Part shown: positions 1 to 14,277 of the stretch, piece after piece | How the letters are laid out: each line of letters starts with the position of its first letter | Position numbering within the stretch: position 1 is the first letter of the stretch | Made by a program: the position numbers and the translations under genes | Source of the DNA: Cyanophora paradoxa CCMP329 | Lineage: Eukaryota > Plantae > Glaucophyta | Length of the DNA stretch: 64,000 nucleotides | NCBI GenBank assembly: GCA_004431415.1 | Contig: QPMI01000036.1 | Span: 310,001-374,000, forward strand | Direction: 5' to 3' | The notes under the pieces: model-generated | Databases searched by the model: none | The model's input: the letters and a program-made list of their open reading frames with translations, nothing else | What the model was told of the DNA's origin: nothing

Positions 1-46
1 GGCGCGGCGGGGATGCGCTGACGGGGCCCGGCGGGGGCGGGCGCAG

Positions 47-1459
47 GACGTGATCGACGAGCTGGGGCTGATGAAGCGGCAGCTGGCGCTGCTGGAGAAG
101 CTCGGGGTGGGGGCCGGGGAGCCGGCGGCGTCGACGGCGGACCTCTTCGGGCTGAAGGCTGCGGAGGAGGTGCTTGCGCGCGTCGAGGCTCTCGAGCGGG
201 CCGCGGAGGCGCGCTTCGCGAAGAACGAGGACGAGCTGCTGGTGCTCACGGGCCGCGTCGCCAAGCTCGAGGCCGACCGCGTGCTCTGGGAGGAGGAGGC
301 GGCGCAGCAGGCCGCCAAGCTGCAGCGCGGCCTCGAGGAGGTCCGCGAGGTGCGCCGCGACCTCGCCAGGAAGGCCGACCACTCCGAAGTCGCCGCCGTC
401 GACGCCAAGGCCCGACCCCCGGCCCCCGCCCCCCCGGCCCGCCCCGGCGTCCCCCGAGGCGGCGGTGGGGCGCAGGTGGGGAAGATTGAGGAAGGGGTGG
501 CGGCGCTGGAGCAGGGGGTGCTGCAGCTGAAGCGGAGCGTGGAGGGGCGGCTGTTCGAGGTGGAGCGGGAGGGGCGGCGGGCGGCGGAGCAGGTGGGGGA
601 GGTGTACACGGCGTTCAAGGTGGTGGAGGCGGCGGCGGAGGACCACGGGCGGCAGCTCGGCGAGCTCTACCTCGTTAAGGCCGACGTAAATGCGCTCGCG
701 GGCAAGGCGGAGGCCGGGTGGGTGGAGGAGGCGCTGGGGCGGCTGCGGCAGGAGCTGAATGCGCACCTCTTCGGCTGGGGCGACGACGTCGCCCGCCTCC
801 GCGCCACCCTCGAGGCCCGCGCCCCCCGCCCGCCCGCACCCTCCACCCCGCTCACCCGCCCCGCAGAAGCTCGGCCTCATGATGAGCCTGCAGCCGGCCC
901 CCGACTGCGGGGCGCGCCCGCCTCCCCTCTCCTCGCCCGCCTCCGCGCCCTGCGCTGACCGGGCGCGCGCGTGCAGCCTGAGTGCCACGTGCCGCCGATC
1001 GCCGGCCGCATGCACTTCCGCTGCATCAGCTGCGACCAGGTCGTCAACGCGTCGATACCCCCCGCGGGGCTCCCCACCCCCTCGAAGTGCGCCGGGGGCG
1101 GCGCGGGGAGGCTTCGGGGGGCCGACGGGGGGCGGGGCAGGGTGTTCAACGCGCGGGACGCGTTGCGGGAGGCGCTGGGCGGGCGCGAGGTGCCCCTCGT
1201 GGGGAAGGGGGCCGTCTACCGCGGGCGCCACTACCTCGAGGGGGCCTCCCCCGCGGCGCCCCCGCCCGGCGCTCCCGGCCCCGGCGAGGACCCCTTCCCG
1301 CCCTCTCCCGACCCCTCCTCGCCCTACGCCCCCTCCTCCCGCCCCATAACGAGCACCGCCGCCAGCCCGGGGCGCCTGCGCATGCCCCCCGTGCAGCCCG
1401 GCGGGTCCCCCCCAACTCTCCCCAGGAAACCCAACACCGCCCCGCTCTCCGCCAGGTAG
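47..1459 (+). CDS. 3' part of a multi-exon coiled-coil protein, QRICH2/DUF4795-like (5' end outside window)
   Basis: Exon after gcgcag at 46. Coiled coil with KAD motifs (RKADHSEV, KADVNALAGKAE). C-terminal AGRMHFRCISCDQ resembles the HFxCxSCD motif of QRICH2/C16orf96. GC-AG introns at 410-475 and 815-866. Stop TAG at 1457-1459. Confidence 0.55.
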
Positions 1460-1643
1460 GCCCTCGCGAGCAGACTAGACGTGGCAGGCAGGCAGGCGGG
1501 CAGCGTACGGCGAAGTGGGCCATAGAATCGGTGAGTTCCTCGACGAAAATTAAAGAAAGCGAAGCGGCAGCAAGGGCGCTAGGCATGCGCAAGGCACGCC
1601 GGGCCTAGGGAAAGGGTGTGAGGGGGCCGGAGGCGGGCGGGGC

Positions 1644-3866
<2,223 letters not shown>

Positions 3867-3929
3867 TTTTTTTGCTGCAGGGGTAGCAGTCCGAAGGAAG
3901 GCGAGCGGGCTCGAGCGGTGGAAGGCGAA

Positions 3930-5197
3930 ATGTCCGCAGAGGGGAGCTCCTCGTCTATGACGCCAACGATAGACGAGCCGCCGATGAGCCCGTCGCCTCA
4001 CCTCGCCCGCGTGGACGCCGTGCAGCAGCTGTGCGCGGGCTACGCGCGCTTGTTGACGCCTTCGTGCAAAGACCAGGTGCGGCCCGCTCTGTCGCCGCAA
4101 TGGCGCCCGCTCATGCAGCGGTCCGCCGGTGAGGCGAGTAGGAGCAGGCGGTGACCGATGTCATCGAGCGGACCCTGTCGAGGCTCGACGAGCTCTCGAA
4201 TGTCGTCGCGGTGGTGCGCGCAAGCGGCGCCGCGCGCCCTGGCCCGCGGGCTAACAGCCGTTGGCTAGGCGCGCCACGAAAGCCAGAAGCAGTTTGTATC
4301 GGTGGCGGGCCTGCGGGAGGGCCTGTCGAACCTGCACCGGGCGTTCTTCATCGTGGACTCGCTGCACGAGTACGTTGGGCGGGTGCAGGCGACGCTGGAC
4401 AAGATGGAGGAGCGCCTGGCGGGCGCCGAGAAGGCCTTCAACGCCGCCCAGATGGACGTCCTCGCCAACAAGGTCGCCTCCTTCGTCGGCGTCACCGTGC
4501 GCCCCCGCCCCCGCCCGCCGGCGCCCCGTCGGCGCGCCGCGCGACGCGGGGCGGGCCGGGGCGGCAGGTGCCCGGGGGACGGCGCGGCGGGCGTGGCCGG
4601 TGGAGGGCCTGCCGGCGCCTCTGGCGGCGAACGAGCGGCCGGAGGCGGTGCTGCAGACGGCGCGCTTCTTCGAGCTCCTCAAGAAGGGCCACCGCCTCTA
4701 CAGGGAGGTCCCCGGGGCGCGCCGGGGGCGGGGAGAACGAGGAGGCGCGGAGCCTGCTCGGGGTCGCCGCCGCCGGCGCCCCCGCCATGGAGTTCGAGCG
4801 CGAGCTCCCCGAGGACGCCGCCCCCGCCGCAGCCGCCCCCGAGGCCGCCCCCGCCGCCGGCGAGGAGGCCGGCGACGCCGCGGCCTCGGCAGCGGCGGCG
4901 GAGGCGGAGAAGAAGGAGCGGGAAGAGCTGTGGAAGGCCCTCCAGGAGCAGCGCCAGCGCGAGCAGAGCGAGCGCAAGGGCGCCGCCGCCGCCGGCCCCA
5001 GCGGCGCCGCCAAGGGCCCCGCCGCCAAGCCCGACGCCAAGAAGGCCGATGCTAAGGCAGCGGAGGCTGAGGCGGCGCCCGAGTCCACCCCCGCTGGTGC
5101 TGACGCGGGGGACGAGGCCAAGGGCGAGCCGGCGGCGGCCGGCGGCGCCAAGGCCTCCCCCGCGAAGAAGGGCAAGGGCAAGAAGGGCGGCAGCTAG
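3930..5197 (+). CDS. BLOC-1 subunit 4 (cappuccino/CNL1)-like protein with Ala/Glu/Lys-rich tail, multi-exon
   Basis: Spliced protein contains IERTLSRLDELSNVV ... LHRAFFIVDSLHEYVGRVQATLDKMEERLAGAEK, matching the cappuccino helical pattern from memory. Stop at 5195-5197. Confidence 0.55.
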
Positions 5198-5411
5198 ACG
5201 CCAGCCCGCCCTGCTCCGTCTCTCTTTGGCCCCCTCCACTCCCCCTTCATTCTGCACACCACTCTGCTTTTTTTCCCCGCGGCGTGCGGACGCGTGGGCG
5301 GCGCGGGGGCGGGCGGTAGCGCGTGCGGGCGAACTGCATTGAAAGAAGGGGGTGAAAAACTGCGGTGCTGTGGCAGGAGGGGCGAGGCTGTCTCTGCTGC
5401 TGGGCGCGGGG

Positions 5412-7139
5412 TTAGATCTTGTTGAGCTTGGTGACGATGGAGACGCGGATGGTCTGGTCGAAGGCGCCCATCACCGCGAGGCCCTGCGCGAGGCGGTGAT
5501 GCGACGCGTGGCGTGGGGCAGGGGGCAGGAGCGAGCCTCCTTGTCGGGGCTCCAGTCGAGGCTGCAGATCGGCTGTTGTGCGAGCACGCGCGTCTGCAGC
5601 TGCTCGACGCTCCCGATGACGCCTGCCCCGCCCCGTCAGCGCCCCGCGGCGGCGTGGGCGCAGGGAAGAGGGAGTGGGGGGGTGGGGGGGTGGGGGGGTG
5701 CACCCTCGGGGTTCCCCTTGAAGTCCTTCTTGGAGCGCTGCTCGGGGTACTTGCTGCGGCAGCGTCGGCGCGGGGCCGGCGGGGGCGCCCCGGGGCGCGC
5801 ACTACTTGTAGAGGGTGAGCGAGCCGTCGCCCCCGCCGATGCCGAAGACCTGCCCCGCAGGCTCGGCCCAGGGCAGCGCGGGGCCGCTGGGAGGGGCGGC
5901 GGCGCGGGGCGGACCTCGCGGTTCTGGGGCAGGTGGCGGACGCACCAGAGGGTGGACTGCTGGACCTGCAGGCGGGGCGTCGGAGCGGCGGGGGGCGGGA
6001 GGGGGCCTCGGGGGGGGGGACCTTCTCGGTGAGGGAGGCGAAGCCCTTCTCGGGGTGCTGCGTGCGGCAGTCCCACACCCACGCGTTCCCCTCCAGCGTC
6101 GTCGCCACGATCTGCCACCCGCCCGCCCCGCCCTCACCTCCCTGCGCCCCGTGCGCCGCGGCGCGCGGCGTGCCTTGTTCATCTCGATGTCCTTTCTGTC
6201 GAACTCCAGCGACACGACCTGCCATGGGGCCAGGGCGTCGACGCGGCGCACGGCCTCGCCACGGGCGGCGGCGGCGGCGCACGCCGTTCTTGACGTTGCA
6301 CTCCCAGCGGACGCTGTTCGTGCGCAGGTCCCACAGCTTGACGTCCCCGTTGTCGTAACCAGCCACCACGCACCGCTCCTCGTCCGTGTGCGAGTTGCCT
6401 GCCCACCGCGTCGGCGCCGGGCGCGGTGCGGGGCGGGCGGGGGAGGATTCCGCACCGAACCCAACGGTCCAGCAGTCACGCTTGGTCGCGTCGTCCGCCG
6501 GCTCCAGGGACGCGCACGGCTCGTCCTTCTGGCGCGGGTCCCACACGCGCACGCAGCCTGCCCGCCGGGCCGTCAGCTCGCTCCTCCCGCCCCCCGCGTC
6601 ACCTCGCACCGTCGCGGCTGCCGGTGACGACTTCGGGCGCGCCCTTCCCGATGAAGCCGCCGCATCCGTCGATGCAGTTGATGAGGGATCCGTGCGCCTT
6701 GACGGTGTACGTGGGCAGCTCCGACTTCTCGAGGTCCCTGGAGGTCGCCGAGGTTCGAGGCGAACAATGGGACATGTGCGCCACGGACGCGCTCACCAGA
6801 TGGACATGCGCCCATCGAAATCGCCCGTGGCCAGTCGCCTGTCGTCCTCGCGCGAGGCGTGGAACGTCCCACACTTGAACGGCGTCTGCTTCTCGATCTG
6901 TCGATGGGCGTCAGGTCACGTTGGCAGCATCGCCTGCTGCACGCCGGCACCTCTTTCTGAAGCTCAAGCTTGCCCTGATTCAGCTGGTAGATCTGGATGC
7001 AGCCGGTCCCTCGCGCGAGTGTACCGAGGGCGACAAAACGGGCGCTCCTCGGCACCCATCGAGTGTCGAAGACTGTGTAGGTGATGGACTTGACTGCGTG
7101 ATCGATAATTTGCGGTCTATTCGTGGGATCGACAGCCAT
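5412..7139 (-). CDS. WDR92: WD repeat protein 92 (dynein axonemal assembly factor 10), multi-exon
   Basis: [96 protein letters not shown]. Confidence 0.96.
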
Positions 7140-8068
7140 GTGAGCTGGGCCAGAGGGTCCTGCGCCGGGTGCCGGTCGTCGCTACGGTAAAAAGTGCTCC
7201 CCGTCGTTGGGAAGCAATCTCACAACGGGCACGCCTCACGCTTCAGAAGCGTGCTGAGCAGCAGCCTCGCTAGCTAAACGGGCGCTGAAAGCGGCCCGAA
7301 ACGAAGCCCCAACTCCGAGTTCCACTCCGAAGAGCGGAATTCACTGGTAGAGAGCATGTACTTCGAGAAACATGCAGGCTGCAGACAGAACGTCTACAAG
7401 CTAGACGGATCTCAACTTTGGGGCTCCAGTTCGTGGGATTGGACCACGAGGGGCGCCCAGCCCGCCATCCACCGCCGGAGCGGCTTCGGTCCGACGGTCG
7501 GCCGAGCGCTAGCCTAGCTATAGTATACGTAGTAGCGAGCTAGCACGGAAAGGCCCCCTGGCCTTGAGGGAGGGAGTACTAGTACTCCCCCCCCGGCACC
7601 GGCCTAGGTGGAGTGCCGAAGATTGCAGCACCGGTGGATCGGGAGCTCGAGGCGACGGCCCGCGGCGCCGCGGGCGGAAGGTGCCCGCGGGGGGGAGCCT
7701 GCGCACGGCCCCGGCGCCGGCGGCGCAATATTAATATTAATGTCGACGTCGACGTCGACGTATACGTACCGTAGTACGTCAGGTCACGTGCACGATCACA
7801 GCTGCAGGCATGCAGGATTTGATCTCTAGATCAAAACAAATTAAAACTTCGCACCCGTGCACGTGACGGCGCCACGGGAGGTGGCGCGCTGCTGAACTCG
7901 AATTCGAAGCTTTTATAATTAAGCGCTGCATGATCATGAGCGCGGCCCGAGCTGCGAATTCGGTCGCGCGCGCGCGCGACGAGGTCAGGAATATTACGCG
8001 CGCGCACGGGAATACTAATGCGCGCGCGGGGGAGAGGCTGGAGCTCACGCTGCTACGGGAGCGCCAGG

Positions 8069-8165
8069 CCAACTTTAATTTCGTCCAACTTTCGTCCAAC
8101 TTTCGAACTTTCGTCCAACTTTCGTCCAACTTTCGTCCAACTAGCTAGTACTTTCGTCCAACTTC
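8069..8165 (+). repeat. 11-bp tandem repeat (AACTTTCGTCC)n, about 8 units with three interruptions
   Basis: Directly visible at 8069-8165. Confidence 0.95.
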
Positions 8166-8340
8166 AAGGCTTCGGAGCGGATGCGTTGGATGCGGTGCGT
8201 TCGCATGGCCGACGCAAGCTTCGGAGCATGGGGGGTGCGCAGCAGCAGCCGGGATAGGCCCGGCGAGATCGGAAGAGCAGCGGCGTCGTCGCAGAAGCAC
8301 GGCCGGCTATAGCTAGCCGGCCCCGCAGCTCGGCGGGACG

Positions 8341-11300
8341 ATGGCCAAACATGTACAGGGACAGCAAACGGAGAGGGAGAGGATGTTCGGACTGCTGCTG
8401 AGGGACAGTTCGAACTACTGGCAGACCCTCGTCGAGAGGTCGGCCCGCCGTGTGCTGCCCCGTAGCCGTAGCTAACCCCTCCACGGCAGCTGGGAGGGAG
8501 CAATGCACAAGGCGCGTCAGTGGCAGGGAGCTCGCCTTGCCGCGCGGCGCCGCTGAGGCGGGCGCCAGATTGCCATGCAGGAGGGCCACCTGCAGCGGAT
8601 CCTGCGCACAGACGAGCCGCTTGAGGAAGAGCGGCAGCGCATGAAGGCTCTTGAGGAGGAGCGGCTGAGACTGAAGCAGCAGGAAGCATCCTCCGGCCGC
8701 CCATGCGTCCGCCCGAGCCGGACCTCCGGGGTGCCTGGAGCGCGCTGACGCGTACGCGGGGGGCAGACGGGGGCGGAGGCGCCGCACGTGCCGGGCGCAG
8801 ACAAGCTCGTCTTCGACCGCCGGGAGAACGAGCGCCGGATACGCTGGCTCAAGGCCTGCGCCCCCGCGCCCCGCCCCGTGCGCCGCCGGCTGCTGAGGCG
8901 CACGGGGCGCAGGAGCGGCAATCGCAGGCGGAGCTGGCGCTGCTGGCGGCTGAGATGAAGAAGCGGGCGGGGATGGCCGAGGAGGAGGGCGCGGCGCCCG
9001 AGGAGGACGAGGAGGCGGGCCTCTCGCACGCCGAGCGGCTGCGGCGCGCCGTGCAGCGGGAGATCGCCGCAGAGGGGGCCGGCGAGGAGCGCCCCGCCAG
9101 CGAGGCCGGCTTCCGCCGGGCGAAGAAGCGCATCAAGCGGGCGATCAAGAACCAGGAGCGCGCCGCGGCGCTCGCCGCCGCCGAGCGGCCGGGGGCGCTG
9201 CCGCGGCTCGGCGTCGGCGCCGGCATTGCGGAGGAGGAGGAGGGCATCGACGTCGAGGGGGCCGTCCGCAGCACCCTCGGCCGCCTCGGCTTCCTCGGCG
9301 ACCAGGGCACAGGCGCGCCCCCGCTGCCCCGCCCCGCCCCGGCGCCGCCTCCTCACAGCGCCCCGCGCCGCCCCCGCAGAGCTCTGGCAGGCGCAGGGGT
9401 ACGACATCGAGGCGCGGCGGCGGCGGATCGAGGAGCGGCAGCAGCGCGACGCGGATCGCGGCTCGGGCGAGGACGACGACGACGGGTACGAGGACAGCGC
9501 AGCGGCGGCGGCGGAGCGGCTGCGGCAGGCCCTGCTGCGCGCCGAGCGGGGCGAGCTCGCGGCGTACGACTACGGCGGCGGCGGCCGGCGCGGCGCGGTG
9601 CGGCGGGCCGACGACTGGAGCAGCTCCTCGTCCGACGGCGACTCGCGGGCGGACGGGGCCGGGGCCGCGGGCGCCCCGCGGGGCCCCGCCCGCCCGGGGC
9701 GGCCCGCCGGGCGCCGGGAGGGGCTCGGGGGCCCCGCGGACGACGGTGGCTTCGGGTCGGGCCGGCGGGGGCGAGGAGGGCGGGGCGGAGGCCGGCGCGT
9801 CGAAGTCGCCGCTGAGCTCGGCGGCCGAGCTGCAGGCCTTCCTCGCCCGCATGCGCTCCCAGAGCGCCGCCGCCTTCGCCTCCCCCGAGGCCCTCGTCGC
9901 CGCCGCCGCCGCCGGCCTCGCCGCCTCCAAGAGGGGGCCCGCCCGCAAGGGCGCAGCCCCCAAGGCTGGCGGGGGCGGAGGCGGGGGCGGGGAGGAGGGC
10001 GGCGGGGCGGGGGAGGCAAAGGGAAAGAAAAAGAAGGGGAAGAGCGTCAAGGTCGGGGGCGTGGCCGGCGTGCGCAACATCGGCGAGGAGGCAACGAGCG
10101 AGGGCAACCGGCGCGGCTCCGACCCGCTGCTCTACGCCACACGGGGCCGCGTGGACGCGACGGCGAGCAAGGAGGCGGCGCTGCGCAACGCCGCCCTCGC
10201 CGCCCGCCGCGGCCTCGCCGCGCTGCGCGGCTGGCGCCAGCAGCCGCTGCCCCGCCGCGACTCCTTCAGCGAGCTGCGCGGGGAGCTCGAGGAGGGGGCC
10301 ATCCGGGAGGGCGCGGAGGCGGCGGCTGCAGCGGCGGAGCGGCGGCCGATGTCGGCGCTGGCGCTGCCGGTGTCGGTGCCGCTGGAGGCGGTGGCGGGGC
10401 ACGGGGAGCTGGCGGCGGAGCTGAGGGAGATGCGGCGCGACCTGCAGGCCTTCGTCCTGGAGACCCCCGTGTCGGTCCTCCTCGCCGACGGCGCCTCCAC
10501 CGCCTACGTCGAGCGCCACAAGGCGCGCCTCAAGGCCGCCGGCCTCCGCCCCGGGCGCCCCTCCCTCCACGCCGCCCGCGCCGCCGTCCCCTGGCGCAAG
10601 CTGCGGCGGGAGCACCTGCTGGGGGTCATGCGGGAGGCGGCGGCGGCGGTGGCGGCGGTGCCGGCGGCGGTGCGGACGTGGCAGACGGCGGCGGCGCGCA
10701 CGCAGGAGACGCGGCGGCGCGAGGCGGAGGAGAGCGAGGCGCGGGGGCGGCGGGAGCGGGCGGCGCGGAAGCGGGAGGAGCTGCGGCGGGTGAGGGTGCG
10801 GGTGCGGCGGGTGGTGCGGACGCTGGGGCGGGACGGGCGCTTCGTGGAGGAGGAGCACTTCGACGAGCTCGAGGCGCGCGGGGCCGGCGGGGCCGGCGGG
10901 CCGGCGGGGCGGGGCGTGACGGGGCCGCCAGGTGCTGCTCGACGAGGCGGACGTCGACGAGGAGGAACTCCGCGAGGCCCTCGAGGAGGACGAGGCCGCC
11001 GCCGCCGCCGCCCCCGCCGCCCCGCGACGAGGCCCGCGCCGCCGCCCGCGCCGCCGCCCGCGAGGCCCGGGCGCTCGCGCGCATGGAGGAGCGGCGGCGG
11101 GCGGAGGAGGAGGAGCGGGCGAAGGAGGCGGCGGCGCGGGCGCGCGCGGACGCGGAGGCGCGGGAGCGGGCGGCCGAGGCGCTCGCCGCGGCGGCCCGAA
11201 GGCACCTCAAGCCGACCGGCATCGCCTCGGGCATCGGCGAGCGCGTCGAGGATGGCGGCCAGTGGCGCCTCTCCAAGCCCGGCGTGCGCTTCCCCTGCCG

Positions 11301-14126
11301 CCCCAGCTGCACTCCGCGACACTCCCGAGCGGAGTCGCGTCGCGCAGGAGAAGACGGCGGAGCAGCGCGCGGCGGAGGCGAGGGCGGAGGGGCGGGCGAA
11401 GCGGGAGGCGGGGCGGCGGGAGCGGCGGCGGGAGCGGCGAGAGCGACGGAGGGCGGAGGGGCGGGGCGAGGCGTCGACCTCCTCCTCCTCCTTCCTCTCC
11501 TCGTCGGAGAACGCCTCGGGAGACGAGGGCTCCCCCGGGGCGACAGAGGTGCGCCCCCTGCCCCACCTCCCGCACTCTCCGTTGATGCTTACGCCCCCGC
11601 CAGGCCGGGTCGAGGCGGCAGCGGCGCGGCCGACACAGGCGGCGTCGGGGCGGGGAGGAGGGCGGGGCGGTCTCGGCCTCGTCGTCGGCCTCCTCGACGG
11701 ACTCGAGCGGGCTCGACGAGGCGGCGCGCGCCGCCCGCGGCGCCGCCCGCCGCGACGCCCGCCGCCGCCGCCGCCTCGAGCGCGGCGAGCCGCCCGACAA
11801 CAGCGCCAGCGACGCTGAGAGCGAGGCCCGCCGCACCCGCCGCCGCGAGCGCCGCAGGGAGCGCGAGCGCCGGCGGCACGAGGCGACCGGGGAGGGCGTC
11901 GGGGGCGGCGAGGAGGGCGCGCGGCGGCGGCGACAGCACTCGCGGCGGGGCGACCTGAGGAGAGGGGAGGCGGACGGCGAAGCCTCCTCGTCCTCCAGCG
12001 GGGCGAGGAGGGCGGCGAGGGCGAGGGCGGCGCCCCGCACCGTGGCTCGCGGCGGCGCCGTCATGAGCGGCGTGGCGAGGCGGGGGAGGGGAGAGCGGGG
12101 GACGGGCAAGGCTCGCGCGAGGGCGACGGGACGCCGGGGGAGGGCTCGCACGCCTCCGAGCGACCGTGCGCCGCCCGCCGCCCGCCCCGTGCCCCCGCGC
12201 CACGGCCCGCCCCGCCCCGCCCCTGCTGAGGCGCCTCGCGCTCAGGCTGCCGCCGGAAGCGGCCGGGCCGCCCGAGTCTGCTGGAGCGGGGAGGCCGGCT
12301 TCGGTGGCGGTGCCGGGGCTGCGGGGCCTGCCGGGGGCCGGGGCACGGCGGTGTCGCGGGCCACCACCGCGCAGCGCCGCCGCTCCATCTTCGACACCGC
12401 CATCCCCGACGGGTGCCCCGCGCCCCGCACCCGCCCTCGCCCCTGCCCCTCCCCTCTCCTGAGCCGTAGCGCAGGCCGCGGGAGCCGCGGGCGGCGCCGG
12501 CGCCTCGGCCGGTGCTGGTGCCGGTGCCGGTGAAGGAGGCCCAATTCGGGGACTTCTTCGGGGGCGCCGGGGCCCCTCGGGGGCGGCCACCGCGCGGCGC
12601 CCGAGCGTGGGGCACGCGCTGCACGCCGAGCGCGGCTCGAGGACGGCCCGCAGCCGGCGCGCCTCCGCGGTCGCCCCCGCCGAGCCCGAGCCGCCCCTCC
12701 CGGGCCTCGCCACCTCCCGCCACCGCTCCGCCGCCGCCGACGTCACCATGAACGGCCTGGTGCGCGGGCCGCCCGCTCGGCTGGCGGCGGGTGCTCACCG
12801 GCGGGGCGGCAGGCGACGGGGCGGCGGGCGTCGGTGGCGGTGCTCTCGTTCGGGGCGCAAGTGCCCGTCCTGCGCGGCGAGGAGGAGGAGCGGCGCGACG
12901 CCGAGTACCAGGAGGCCCTCCTCACCCGCCGCCGCTCCCGCTCCAAGGCCACCTCCCTCCCCCTGCCCCGGCCCCCGAGACCCTCCGCCGCGCCCGCGCC
13001 CGCGCCGCCTCCGTCGCCGTCGCCGCCGGCACCGCCGTCCTCTACCTTCCCAGGGAGGAGGAGGCCGCCGCGCGCACCGGCCGCTCCAGCGCCCGCTCCG
13101 CCCGCTCCGGGCGCTCGAGCTCGCGGCGCGCCGCCAGCGGGCCCGAGGCGCGCGCCTCCTCGGGCCGCCGCAGCGGCAGCCCGCGCAGCAGCAGCAGCAG
13201 CAGCAGCGGCAGCGGGGCGAGCAGGGCGGGGAGCGAGTCACCGCCGTCGTGGCCGGGGGAGGAGGGCGGGGCGGAGGGCGTGGCGCCGCTGGGGATGGCC
13301 TCGTCGCTGGCGGGGATCCTGGACGAGGGCGGACAGCAGCGCGGCCGCTCCCGCAGCGGGGCCTCCCTCGCCGCCGCCCCCCGCAGCGCCAGCGTGAGCT
13401 CGGCGCAGAGCAGCGGCTCGGAGGGCCCCCGCAAGCGCAGCGCCATCCGCTCCTCGGACTCCCTCTCCCGCTCCCCGCTCCAGCGCGTCTCCTTCGGGGC
13501 CCCCGGCCCGGCGGGCCCCGCCAAGGCGGCCTCGCTCTCGAGCCTCGCGCGCCCCGCCCCGCCGCCCATCGTCGAGGCGCCGACGCGGGAGGGGACGCCC
13601 GAGGAGGCGCCCCCCGCCCCCGCCCCCCTCGCCTCCGTCCTCGCCCCGGCGCCCCTTTTCCTGCCCCGCCCCAGACCGCCCTGTCCGGCCCCGCCCCGCG
13701 CCGCCTCGCCCCGTGGGCCCGCCCGGCGCCGCGCGGCGCACGTCGTTCGCGCTGCCCGAGGAGGCGGCGCGGGGCGGCTCCCCCGAGGGCCCCCGCGCCG
13801 CCTCCCTCCAGGCCTCCCCCTCCCTCCCCGCCCTCGGGTCGCCCGCCAGGCGGGCTTCCCCAGCGCTGCGCGCCACCGCCTCCTCCCCCAAGCTCGAGTT
13901 GCCCGCCCTGCAGCCAGGGGCCTCCCCGCAGGCCCCCGCCCCGCACCCCCGCCGCGCCTCCCTCGCCCGAAGCCTCGAGGGGCCCCCGGGGGTCGCCTCA
14001 CCCCCGGGCCCGGGGGCCGGGGGGATAAGCGCCTTGCCCCGTGTCGCCCAGGCGCAGCCGCGGCGGCGCAAGTCGCTCGAGCCAGCATCCTCCCAAACCG
14101 AGGGCGTATCCCTCCCCGCCATCTGA
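8341..14126 (+). CDS. Large multi-exon coiled-coil/low-complexity protein of unknown function (boundaries uncertain; could be more than one gene)
   Basis: Codon-biased exons (MAKHVQGQQ..., IAMQEGHLQRILR..., ELWQAQGYDIEARRRR..., DLQAFVLETPVSVLL..., ...EGVSLPAI*) separated by typical short introns. Some apparent frameshifts. Confidence 0.55.
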
Positions 14127-14277
14127 GCCGCCCCTTCCACTCTCTTCTTTCATGTTCTCCATCTTCTCGTAGACCCGGGCCCCACGCAGTCCTTGTTATT
14201 GCGTCGCTGAGACGCGCAGTGTATTGGCTGAGATGCATTCAATTCGGCTCCACCAGAACCCCGCCGGGGGCGGCGGC

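Noticed and set aside
7330-7420. tRNA-like TGGTAGAG motif
   Set aside because: No acceptor stem or T-loop GTTCRA in the proper position.
7357-7518. 53-aa ORF upstream of WDR92 on the opposite strand
   Set aside because: It lacks the local codon bias and any recognisable motif; insufficient support.
8069-8165. Possible CRISPR array or telomeric repeat
   Set aside because: The 11-bp units have no spacers, there are no cas genes, the context is eukaryotic, and the unit does not resemble known telomere repeats.
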